A DNA stretch of 63,616 bases, filler included, from Basidiobolus ranarum (taxonomy: Eukaryota): assembly GCA_040143965.1 (NCBI GenBank). It is 8 parts of 8 records of this genome, joined end to end, with 100 filler letters (N's around TTAATTAATTAA, not from the genome) between each part and the next. Parts side by side here need not be neighbours in the genome. Positions count along the whole stretch, not along the records: positions 1 to 7,908 come from JASJQH010007925.1; positions 8,009 to 15,899 come from JASJQH010007926.1; 6 more parts are not named here. One strand, given 5' to 3'. Positions 1 to 10,640 of this stretch are shown here, piece by piece; position 1 is the first letter of the stretch; every line of letters starts with the position of its first letter. A model generated the notes under the pieces. That model searched no databases. It was not told the DNA's origin and worked only from the letters and a program-made list of their open reading frames with translations. The translations under genes were made by a program, and so were the position numbers.

Positions 1-152
1 TTTAAACCCCGATCACTGTTTCTGAATTCAATTACTAGATTTACGTTACCAATAGCAAGTACTTCGAACAGCACGAGGTTAACTATATTGCCAACGATTG
101 ACAGCTATCTTGTCACTAGGATTGCGTGTATATCAGGATCATGAGTAGATAG

Positions 153-159
153 CACGTGA
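153..159. promoter_or_regulatory. CACGTGA (Cbf1/bHLH E-box-like) site upstream of the sulfate permease
   Basis: Exact TCACGTG on the minus strand, ~550 bp upstream of the ATG. This is the known sulfur-regulon motif in yeasts, but it is short enough to occur by chance. Confidence 0.3.
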
Positions 160-708
160 TCAGGCCATTCCACTCGCCACTTTCACAAATCAATAGCTCA
201 CTGTTGATATCGATTAATTCATTTCTGGTAGATTGATACAATAGAATTACCTCATGGAAGGTAAACATAAAAGCCTATTGATGAAAGATGAAACAAAAAG
301 AACAATCCGAAAGCGATCAAACTTATAATTGGTTAGTGGAATATGTCGAATTTGCAATAATCATAGGATCCAGACTTCGATAATATTTGCCAGGTGATAA
401 TGGCTTTTTTGTTTAAAGCTTTTGTGGGCTTTTTGCAGAGTCTTACTAAATTCAGAAAATCGGAGTTTTCAAACTGAATATTGTCAGTGAGGGACGGATC
501 GAGCACGTTCAAATCTTATATAAAAGCAACCTGTAGATGAGTTGCATTAATTCAAACTTGCTGCACCTGTCAAGCTCCTTTAAAACTTGCTCTTGTATCT
601 CCTATTGACTCTCTTTAGAGTGATTTCATTATCCTGTTAAGACTACTGGGCGACTGGTATCTTTACACTCCTCTTATTCAGCACAGTTTATTTCTCGTTA
701 GTAGATAC

Positions 709-2736
709 ATGTTTGCCCACCAGCTGAAAAGTCAGCTTCAAAAGGTTGATCCAAAACATGCAGCAAAACGTATTTTCCCTATCATTTCTTGGCTGCCAAG
801 ATACAACCGAAAATGGCTTCTCGGTGACATTATCGCCGGACTCACTATTGGTATTATGGTAGTCCCTCAGGCATTAGCCTATGCCTCTCTAGCCTCCCTC
901 CCTGTACAGTACGGTTTGTATTCCTCCTTTCTAGGCGTGATGATCTATTGTATTTTCGGTACCTCAAAGGATATTACCATTGGACCTTCCGCTATCGCTT
1001 CGTTGTATGTCGGTGTAACACTTAAGAGCTTGGCGGAGAAGGGACATGATCCAATCACTGCGGCTATCAGCATGGCTTTTCTGTCTGGTTGCTTTTGTCT
1101 TATTTTAGGGGTATTTCGCCTGGGTATTATCATGGATTTGATCTCTTCACCAGTGACTTTAGGCTTCACTTCGGGTGCGGCCATCACTATTCTAGTGAGT
1201 CAGGTACCTTCACTTCTCGGAATCAAAGGTGTTGTTGTTCAGGGGCCGATTTATACTGTTCTTCAATCGATCTTCTTGGCTCTCGACAAAACAAGATACG
1301 AAGACGCTATTGTTGGATTCGTGTCTATCGGATTTTTGATAGGGCTGAAGTATATTTCAGACAAGTATGGTCACGTTCATCCGATCGTCAAGGGTCTGGG
1401 TGTTGGTCGTAATGCCGTCTGCGTGATTGTCTTCACACTTATTGCCTACATTATGCATGTATCTTTTGGCCAGGACCGCATCAATCTTGTTGGTACTATT
1501 CCTACCGGTCTTCCCAAGCCAGCTATTCCCAATCTTAGCCCTAACATCGTTAGTGACCTCCTCTCATCATCTATTGTTGGTGGGTTTGTTATCATTTTGG
1601 AGCACTTTGCTGCCGCTAGAACCTATGGTCGCCAGAACCAATACAAAGTTGATAGTAGTCAAGAATTGATTAGTTTGGGTATATGCAACATATGTAATTC
1701 CTTTTTTTCATCCTACATTGTTCCGGGTGCGCTATCTAGAACTGCAGTCAATTCACAATCCGGGGTCAAGACACCATTGAGTGGTATTGTTACTGGGATC
1801 ATCGTGATTCTTTCATTGAATTTCCTTCCTCCATTGATTTATTTCGTTCCTAAGGCCAGTCTTGCTGCCATTATTATGACAAGCATCTATTCACTTATCG
1901 CTGGATACAAGACATACTGGAACCTATGGAAAATTCAAGCTACGGATATGATTGCTGCACTACTAGCATTCTTGGTGACTCTATTTACCGATATTCAAAC
2001 AGGTATTGAAGTGGCAGTGGCATTCTCACTCATCATCAGTCTCCATCGTATTGCACGTCCCAATTGGCAAATGATTGGTCCAGTGGAGAATATGGATGGA
2101 GTTTATGCTGATCGAGCTAACATGGAGTATCGAACTGCACCTCCACCAAACGGTATCATTATCTTTCGTCTTTCAGAATCGATCAGCTTTTTGAATGCAG
2201 AATACTTCAAAGGAAAAGTACTTAATGCCGTGTACATCACCACCGACTCCCCAGTCGAGTTACCTTCCTCGTGGGCCGATCGAGTTTGGTCAGACGATCG
2301 AGAATCCAGAATCACAAGGATGCGAAACAACTTTGAAACCATTCTACCCATAGCGACTAGTAGTGATAACAGCAAAGTAATCGAAGGAAGCGGTGTATCG
2401 GAAAAGATTCAGATTGACAAATTCAACTATCCCCATCTCAGATCAGTTATATTGGAATGTAGTGGTGTCAATCATATAGATTCTACCGGAATTCAAGCTT
2501 TAATCGACCTTAAGACCCTGTTGATCGAGTACTCTGGTAATCCAATGTTTGAATTGCATTTCGTCGGACTCCAACCCAAAGTGTTATCTCGCCTTGACCA
2601 CTCGGGTTTAACGCGTTTACCTACAGATCCACCTGGAAAGAGTCATCGTTATGTGCATCTTACCATTCAACAGGCGGTGATAAGTGCTGATAAAATACCT
2701 GAACACCATGAATCACCTCATATCAATATTGTTTGA
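709..2736 (+). CDS. SulP/SLC26-family sulfate (anion) permease with C-terminal STAS domain
   Basis: 675-aa intronless ORF. Carries the SulP signature GDIIAGLTIGIMVVPQALAYASLA...YGLYS, the SLSRTAVNSQSGVKTP motif, many TM helices, and STAS motifs IIIFRLSESISFLNAEY and VILECSGVNHIDSTGIQAL. TATA-like TATATAAAAG at ~518. Confidence 0.95.
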   Translation: MFAHQLKSQLQKVDPKHAAKRIFPIISWLPRYNRKWLLGDIIAGLTIGIMVVPQALAYASLASLPVQYGLYSSFLGVMIYCIFGTSKDITIGPSAIASLYVGVTLKSLAEKGHDPITAAISMAFLSGCFCLILGVFRLGIIMDLISSPVTLGFTSGAAITILVSQVPSLLGIKGVVVQGPIYTVLQSIFLALDKTRYEDAIVGFVSIGFLIGLKYISDKYGHVHPIVKGLGVGRNAVCVIVFTLIAYIMHVSFGQDRINLVGTIPTGLPKPAIPNLSPNIVSDLLSSSIVGGFVIILEHFAAARTYGRQNQYKVDSSQELISLGICNICNSFFSSYIVPGALSRTAVNSQSGVKTPLSGIVTGIIVILSLNFLPPLIYFVPKASLAAIIMTSIYSLIAGYKTYWNLWKIQATDMIAALLAFLVTLFTDIQTGIEVAVAFSLIISLHRIARPNWQMIGPVENMDGVYADRANMEYRTAPPPNGIIIFRLSESISFLNAEYFKGKVLNAVYITTDSPVELPSSWADRVWSDDRESRITRMRNNFETILPIATSSDNSKVIEGSGVSEKIQIDKFNYPHLRSVILECSGVNHIDSTGIQALIDLKTLLIEYSGNPMFELHFVGLQPKVLSRLDHSGLTRLPTDPPGKSHRYVHLTIQQAVISADKIPEHHESPHINIV

Positions 2737-3474
2737 TTTTCCTCATTCTTAGTTCGAATCATCCACGAGGTCTCAACACTCTCCCCTATTCGTAATACCC
2801 TTTCACCTCCCCCTTAGAATGGCCCGCGTAAATTCAGATTAGATTGTACAGCTTTTTTCTTTTTTCGCGAGTAAGCATTGTAATTATATGAATATGGAAA
2901 TTTCTCTAGAAATGCATAAAGAGATAGAATAAGCATCCAATGAACAATGATCGGTAAAACTGTATAATTATTATGGTATGATTTGATGCAACTAATCGGA
3001 TATCTAACAAACATCCAAGTTACATGATTGAAGCTCATCCAATTGGTCAAGTGTTTGAAATAAGAATCCCTTCGATATAATCCCAAAATCCAATATCTCA
3101 GATTAGGTTCTATCCATTTCCATATAGAACCAATTGATTTCTATAATCATCTACATCGTTATGTTCCTTCAACCAATTACATATTTGTAGCTGGTAACTA
3201 AGTTCTATTTTGGAAATGATCTTGAAGGCCATCGTGTATTGGGCATGTTACACGTGATTAGCGCGGATTTGAATTAAACAAATTCCTAATTTGGGATAGG
3301 TATAGGTAGTTTATAGAATATTCGTCACTCGATGTAGAAACATCAAGAAAATCCATAGAGAAGTGACAGTTGTGTAAAAGAAATAGAAAGATTGTCCGGA
3401 ATAAAACAGAGAATATACAGAAAGATTGTCCATAATTTGTATAAATGTTGGGTGTAAAGAAATCTAGCACAAAG

Positions 3475-4998
3475 TTACCATGTCATCATATCCTCTGATT
3501 CACCAAACATACTATTGCCACCCGATTTGAGTTCTATCTGTCTAAGGCCATTCCGATTAGCTTCATTCAGATATTCTGGTAAGTGTTCACTTATGAACTT
3601 CAGGATGTGCTCATTTAGCTGTTCAAATTCCAGTAAAAAGCCATCATGGCCGTCAGGTGAGTCCACTACAATCATTTGTGAATTCGGCATATGTTCGGCA
3701 AGGGTGAATTGTTCATCAATAGTGAAGAGTCCATCAGATTCAATACCTACAAGTTCTAAAATTAATACTATATTGATATTAAATATATTATTGGAATGAA
3801 CCTATACCGATTACAAGGGCCGGCTGCGTTATGCCTTGGAGAGTTGTAATATAGTCACCTTTACTTCTGGAAATATCGTGTGTGTCCATCATCTTTGTGA
3901 TAGAGATATAGCAATTTGCATCAAACCGTTGGATAAATTTGTTCCCTTGATAACGCAGATAATTCTGAGCTGAAAATAATTGTGGGGAACTACCAAGAAC
4001 TTTACTACTCCTATCTTCAGGTATGTGTTGGGTTTCGTTTTTATTAACAAAGCTGCTTACGCCATTCCCCCGCGTGGCCATGGTTTTGCGACCGAATCTA
4101 GTTTCAAACGAGCCTTTTGAACGATAGGTCAAAAGAGCGGACATTCTGGCTGCAGCCAATCCATGATTGGGAGTCTTATCCTGCGTATAATATCCATCGC
4201 CTAAATTAGAATATTTGAGTTAGAATCAAGATATAGTCAAGAGCTGAACTGCTTTTAACTTACAAAAATTAGGATCACTGTAAATGGATTGACGCTGAGC
4301 CTCACCCCAACTAATGCCCCAAGCCGAGTGTTTTCCACAAGTTGCAATAGGAACTATAAATCTTACATAATCTTCACCGAACATGGCCCATTCCATGACC
4401 TGCATTCCTCCGAGGGAGCCCCCAATGCATATAGCTACTTGGTTAATACCAAGTTGGGTAAGAAGTTCTCTGTGAAGGTTGACGGTATCTCGAATGGAAA
4501 CATTAGGGAAATCCGGGCCCCAAAGCTTTCCGCTCTTGGGATTCATGGTAACGGGGGAAGCAGTTCCGTAGGGTGAGCCCAAAACATTCATACAAATAAT
4601 GAAGAATGCATCGGTATCAAAAGCTAAACCCGGACCAAGTAAAGGACCCCACCTAAGAGTAATCAAATTAGTTTAGAGAAGAATTGAGGATTAACTGATT
4701 CTCAAACCAATCAGCTACATCTGCAGAGCCAGTTAAAGCATGGCAGATAACCATGACATTATCTTTATCTTCGTTTAAATTGCCCCAGGTTTTGTAACCA
4801 ACAGGAACATCGTTTAAAGTAACCCCCCTTTCTAAAGTAAATGAAGAGATAAGTGCGATTTTTTGAGAGTTGACAAGCTGCGTGTAGTGATTCTCGGGCT
4901 GCTCTTCGAGGTGTCCTAACAGCAGAAATGTTCATTAAAAACAATTCAAGGTTTGTGCGTATGATTATAGAACAGTATTTACTCAATATAGAACTCAT
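3475..4998 (-). CDS. MET2: Homoserine O-acetyltransferase (multi-exon)
   Basis: Spliced translation MSSILRHLEEQPENHY...YKTWGNLNEDKDNVMVICHALTGSADVADW/WGPLLGPG...NVLGSPYGTASP...IGGSLGGMQVMEW...FDANCYI...SPDGHDGFLLE. Catalytic Ser and His motifs are present, and GT-AG introns separate the ORF pieces. Confidence 0.95.
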
Positions 4999-5361
4999 TC
5001 TTCCAATATAAGAAATAAAGGGGCGATGTTAGCACAACGAAGTGGCTAATAGTGTTTATATATAGGCTAGCCGTGACTCGTAATTAGTCACATGGAGGAG
5101 CATTTATCATATGAGGAACAAACAATTAAATGGCGCAATCATGACAAATAATTTATTCCATATGATCATGAGTTCGGAAGCAGGATACTATGAGTAAGAT
5201 ACCGCTCTTCAATCGCAATTATAACTCAGAACGTACAAATTATGGGTTTAAAGTAATGGTGGATTATCACAACCTTTTAATAGAAAAGTATGTATGCGGT
5301 GTAGTGTATAGTTAGCCCATGTCCGGATTTCCATTTATTCATTGCAGGCGGCACTTCATAT

Positions 5362-6926
5362 CTATTTGAAGGGATCATCCTTGGGCTTTCCGCGATGAAA
5401 CACGGAGTCCTCTAATGCCTTGGAGACTCTCAGAGAGCAATTCAGCGTAGGGTTCATTGATTTTATTCCAGGCTCATTCATGAAGCTTAACCCAGCAATA
5501 GCCATATAGGCATGGAGTAGGTCTAGTAGATTAAAAATTCTCAGCAAACGCTTCCGTAATAGCCTTATGAAATCTTACCTGGATAGACGTCAGGCCATTT
5601 GGAGAATCCACCTATTCCTCCTTGGGTAGCCATAAGAAACTCACGATGTTGTGCAAAGTCAACTAATTCGTAGTGACCCAATATCTTCAACAGAAATTCA
5701 ATATTTTGATTGGGTTTTCACTCAGTAACATGGACAATACCTTGATGGTTGCGCCTATCCAGAAGGAGTAGCATGAGTCTGGTGGCTTGTTCATTCTACC
5801 TTGGAATCCACTTTTCTGTCTATTCAAACACCATTCGAGCAACTTTTCTTGATTAATAACGCTTGAATCCAGCTTTCCTACCAAATCAAGTGCTGCTACT
5901 GCACAGTAAGTAGAACCACCTGCAAAATCCAACTTAGTACGTTTGCAGATACAAGAAACTACTGATTCGCTTACCATGTGATTCTTGAGAAGGTCCTTGT
6001 CCGAGTCCATAATCATATGCCTAAACACTCCATTTAGTTGCTATGCAAAGCAAATGGCTGTATTCAGAAATTATTACCTGACTAGATTTAATAAAGTGTA
6101 CAGCTTTAGGAATATCCACTCCGGACCAGTCATTCAATATGTAAGAGACAACGAATGCACAGTATAGAAAGCGCATGTCTGATTCACGGCTTTCGTAACA
6201 AGGGCAGAAACTGGAATTTTCTTAATAATGTGTGATAACAATGAATTACTGCTCAAAGATAATTACCTCCCATTTTCACGTTGGAGATAGGGTAGTGCTC
6301 CGATTATAGCCTTTCTATTAACTCTACTCAAGTCATCACCCAAGGTAAGAAGAAGTACAAGTGCTGTATAGGTCATGGCTAGGTTAGCACGATCGTACTT
6401 TGTAGCTTCGGTAGATGTCTAGTAAAGTCCAGGTTGAGTATGATAAATGTTAGGAATGTCAACGAAGAATATTTACCGCTTCAGGAGAATAAGGGCAACC
6501 AGTGAAAGATGAACCACGAAACCCACAGATTGGCTTATTAATATCTACATAAATAACATTTACCATTGCTGTTTGGACAATGTTAAGTTGTTAGAGAGGT
6601 AATTTACCTGGAGAATTGACATTTGGATGAATCTGCTGTGCATAAATCCATTCAATGTATTCCTTTTTTGTTTCTTCTGAAAGTACATCTAATTTATCTA
6701 ATATGTCAAGACCGCTGATACAAAAGTATCCTAGAGTCATACTAAATGGGTACAGACGATTCAATATGATTTCACAGAATACAATGACTTTCTAGGTTTG
6801 TTACCGATTAGTATCTGCGGATGAGTATTGATAAGGCAAATAATCCAAGGAACGCTTGAAGAACTTCACATGCTTAGCATGTGCGAATTCTTTTGGCTGG
6901 TCGACGTTATCATTGTCAGAAGCCAT
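5362..6926 (-). CDS. CDC43: Geranylgeranyltransferase type I beta subunit (CDC43/PGGT1B-like), multi-exon
   Basis: Exons encode HVKFFKRSLDYLPYQYSSADTNR, ANLAMTYTALVLLLTLGDDLSRV, ESDMRFLY, HGGSTYCAVAAL, GFQGRMNKPPDSCYSFWIGA and DLLHAYMAIAGLS, which are prenyltransferase repeats of the GGTase-I type. ATG at 6926. Confidence 0.9.
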
Positions 6927-7099
6927 GATGATTATGAAATCGATGCTCTTTTGCAATGATACTCAACTAATAAGTTCTTACCGAACTCTTGAGAAATTCA
7001 ACAAAATCACCTGATATCAACAAATTCATCAGAGGGCTATCCATATAATAGGCTTAAGAATTGATTTGCTCAATAGCCTAGTAAGCCACAAGCTTACTT

Positions 7100-7908
7100 A
7101 TGCGGTTTCCAAATCCTAGAGAAGTCCGAAGTCTTTTGTATCAGAAAGACATTTCGGCAAAGCGTTCGAGCAAAGATCAAGAGTTGTTAGAAGTCTGCGT
7201 CAGAATACTTAGTAAACTTGATGGTCCGATATCAAATACGAGTCTTGGTTATAAGTTACGCGAGAATCCAGAGTGGAAGAAACTAGTACCTTCTTCAGGA
7301 CTTACAAAATTCTTAAGGAATGAAGATAGAAAAAAGTATTTTTCTGTGACGGATGAGTTGAAAGATGGAGGTTGGGTCACATGGGTTCAATACACAGGCT
7401 GTCCGTTACCTAAAGGCATCGAACAAACATGTAAACTTCCTTACTTTCCATTGAAAAGTATTTTGGTTAACAACATGATTTTGCTGATAGTTCAAGAATT
7501 GGCTTTGGTTGATTCTGAGGCACCTTTAACAGTTTCAGAAAATAAACTAGTGGAGGAAATGCAAGAACTAGTGAAGGTTAGTGTTTAGCTTTAGAAATGA
7601 TCAGCTTATTCATACATATCCATTGATTATCTAATAGAGGCTTGAATGTTCCTCTGAAGAGAAAGAAAAATGGGAAGCCCTCCGAGTACTTGTTGAAAGG
7701 CTTACTCGAAAGAAACGGCCAAAATACAAGATTGATGCTTACTTGTTTGGGTAATTATATTAGAGGAGATGGTTCAGATAAGTGTTGTTAATCATATCAT
7801 CAGGTCAACGGCCAACTCCTTGGGCGCTACAGGCTGTGACATAGATATATGCTTGAGAATACTAGATAAAGAAAAGCCTATTGACCACAAGAAGATAGGT
7901 CCAACAAT
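7100..7908 (+). CDS. 5' part of a Cid1/Trf4-like non-canonical poly(A)/poly(U) nucleotidyltransferase with an N-terminal winged-helix-like domain; truncated by the contig end
   Basis: Predicted exons ~7100-7430, 7491-7577, 7638-7750 and 7804-7908. Splicing gives ...KIDAYLFG/STANSLGATGCDIDICL, the Pol-beta NTase GS...DxD motif. Confidence 0.75.
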
Positions 7909-8008
7909 NNNNNNNNNNNNNNNNNNNNNNNNNNNNNNNNNNNNNNNNNNNNTTAATTAATTAANNNNNNNNNNNNNNNNNNNNNNNNNNNNNNNNNNNN
8001 NNNNNNNN
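7909..8008. other. Artificial contig-joining spacer (N44-TTAATTAATTAA-N44). Identical spacers at 15900-15999, 23878-23977, 31853-31952, 39822-39921, 47759-47858 and 55691-55790
   Basis: Identical 100-bp N blocks with a six-frame stop linker. The segments between them shrink monotonically (7908, 7891, 7878, 7875, 7869, 7837, 7832, 7826 bp). Confidence 0.98.
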
Positions 8009-8061
8009 ATTATGTAGAAAATGATAGCTAAATGTCACAAGGAGACAGCGCACTTTCATTT

Positions 8062-8532
8062 CTAGTTCTTGATGCTTCTCTTCTTTTGATAATCCTTAAT
8101 TGCCGAACGAATAGCGTCTGCAGCTAGCATAGAACAGTGCAATTTCACAGGTGGTAAGCATAGTTCTTTAGCAATTTCAGTGTTCCGAATTTTACTAGCA
8201 TCGTCTAAACTAAGGCCACGAATACGTTCGGTAACATAACTGGAGGAGGCAATAGCAGAGCCACAGCCAAAGGTCTTGAATTTAACATCGACAATTTTAC
8301 CACTATCTTCGTCTACTCTAATTTGCAACTTCATGACATCGCCACAGGCTGGTGCACCAACTAATCCAGTACCAACAGCGGGATCGTTCTTTGGTAAAGA
8401 GCCGACATTGCGCGGGCGTTCGTAGTGATCAATGACCTTTTCATGGTACGAACGTACACTTCCTAGTACACTAGGGACGGTGGCAGCTCTTCGGCTAGCA
8501 TGGGAAATGGGTTTGAGTAGTATGCGAAGCAT
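8062..8532 (-). CDS. ISU1: Mitochondrial Fe-S cluster scaffold IscU/Isu1
   Basis: Arg/Ser-rich presequence followed by YHEKVIDHYERPRNVGS, GAPACGDVMKLQI, FKTFGCGSAIASSS and LPPVKLHCS. Confidence 0.98.
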   Translation of the reverse strand: MLRILLKPISHASRRAATVPSVLGSVRSYHEKVIDHYERPRNVGSLPKNDPAVGTGLVGAPACGDVMKLQIRVDEDSGKIVDVKFKTFGCGSAIASSSYVTERIRGLSLDDASKIRNTEIAKELCLPPVKLHCSMLAADAIRSAIKDYQKKRSIKN

Positions 8533-9553
8533 TATGTTTAGTGAAAAAGGTAAAGGTTAAGAGTATCATAGTGCAGTTATTTGTACTAAATGCATGAACC
8601 ATTTGGAAGGATTTTGGTTTTCCCGTGGAACCGCAGACCCGTGATCTCTACTGTACTACGATGTTTTCATTGGTTTGTTGCACTCGTCTAAGATTTCCAT
8701 ATAGGTCTTGGATTTTATATCTTCATCTCTAAGCATGATTGTTATCAGATGTAGATACCCAGTATTTTTATTGTTACCCACCACCTTAATTGGATTAATA
8801 CCAATATATCGAACATCCACCACATTGCATGGGATCTAGTGCTTGGATCAAGCCATCAAAAAAGAATCAATTTTGGAACTCAATGATTGGACAGAAATGG
8901 ATTGTTTCGCCCTATACTTGCTTGATGATTCAAGATCAACTTTCTTAAGATGTTGATTGCCATTGATATAATATGAGAGCAATCGGTTTGGTCAACTAAA
9001 TAGAAGCCGTTTGAGTCCGTGTTATCGATCAGAGCTCCGATGGTGCACCCCTAAGAATAGTTCATACTGAGCAATGCTCATGACTTGAGCAGAGGTATCG
9101 TTGGATACTTGGGGTTGGGTTAATAAAGGTATAAGGCACCATATGTAGAACTCGCTCCTCAAGTTGGTCTTAAATCCTTTGGAACAGTATCAAGTAGCAG
9201 TACGTATACGTCAACTGAAGGCTCCCCCATTTGGATACCTTTATAAGATCCGGTCTATGTATTGGTGTATTATATGCTTAAGATACAGCACATGGACTAC
9301 AATTGGAGCTGATTTGTTGCTGCTATTTTTGAAAACTTAGTTCAAATTACTGATTGCAAGTACAGTCAACTATCACATGTTCATAACTAGGCCACAATCC
9401 AACCGAGCGGGTAATGGTTAAGTAACGAGAGAAATAAGCATCTATTCAAAGGAACATTGAGAGTTTTATATGTCCATTTGTGCATATATCTCATGACTTG
9501 AATTCAAGCAAAGAAATATATTTAATCACATTGAGATTGAATCAGTATGTAAA

Positions 9554-9883
9554 TGTTGAAATTAACATAGCCTAAACATCTATATAGTCATATATAGCTT
9601 AGTATTTAGTTATTCCATATTTCACGAAGATATCACGTACTATCTGAAATCGGAATTTACTTGGAAGTTTGAAGATATATAGATCCTGAGAACTTGTCCT
9701 AGAGGCCCCACACTTTGCACAAATGCTCCTGGGACTTTTCTTAACACATTCTACATGTTTGCCTGTTTACCTCTCGACAAAACTATAAATGTCAACTTTC
9801 TACACAATAAATCACGAGGTGAAAACCATCAATTCTTTCTAGTTCTCCTAGCCACTTCCAACTACTCCCAAAATACTTCAACA
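9554..9883 (+). mobile_element. Solo LTR, family A (~325 bp, TGTTGAA...TTCAACA)
   Basis: TG...CA termini with a 7-bp inverted repeat, internal TATAAAT and AATAAA. Similar along its length to the copy at 26406-26727. Confidence 0.85.
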
Positions 9884-10044
9884 GAAGAAAGCCTTATTAA
9901 ATCAGGAAACTCCAATCTAAAATGGCATTCAGTACTTGGAATACTATTGTATCTTTTAGGGGTATCTCTGGTGTCTAGAGAATCAATTGCTGATCAACTC
10001 CATTGATAACAAACCAATCCTACTGGCTAGCACGTGGTTAATAC

Positions 10045-10640
10045 AGTTGACAATGACATAGCCTAAGCATCTATATAGACATATAGTTAGCTACCTAAAC
10101 TTCACTATGTTATTAATCATTATCTTCATGAGGAGTTTACGCTCAATATTGAGACCTATTAAAGTATTTTGGGAGCCTGTTGGAAGTGGTTTGGAGAATT
10201 AGAGAAATTGGAGGTTTCACTTATTGATTTATTGAGTAGAAAGTTGACATTTATATTTGTCCAGATGTAAAGAAACTAATGTGTTTAATGTGTTAAGAAA
10301 GCTCCCAGGAGCACGTGTGCAAAGTTTGAGGCTTCTAGCACAAGTTTGAAAAATCAGTATTTCTTCAAACTTCCTAGTAAATTCCGAATAATAGGAGATA
10401 TCTTAGTTCAATATAAGATAACTAAATACTAAGCTATATATGACTATATAGTTGTTCAGGCGATGCTAATTTCAACAAGACCAACTCGGAAGTTTGAAGA
10501 TTATATGATTTTCAAACTTTGTACTCTACACGTTGGCTTATCTACTTCTTGACAAAGGTATAAATATCAACTTACACTCAATAAATCATTAAGTAAAAAC
10601 CACCAATTCTTCTAGTTCTCCAAATCATTTCCAACAAATA
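10045..10640 (+). mobile_element. Older degenerate family-A-related LTR interrupted by the 10157-10477 insertion
   Basis: 10045-10156 resembles the LTR 5' part (GACATAGCCTAAGCATCTATATAG). 10483-10640 resembles the 3' part (CTCAATAAATCATTAAGTAAAAACCACCAATTC). Confidence 0.7.
10157..10477 (-). mobile_element. Solo LTR family A with 5-bp target-site duplication AGACC
   Basis: Reverse-complement copy of family A, with AGACC at 10152-10156 and again at 10478-10482. Confidence 0.88.
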
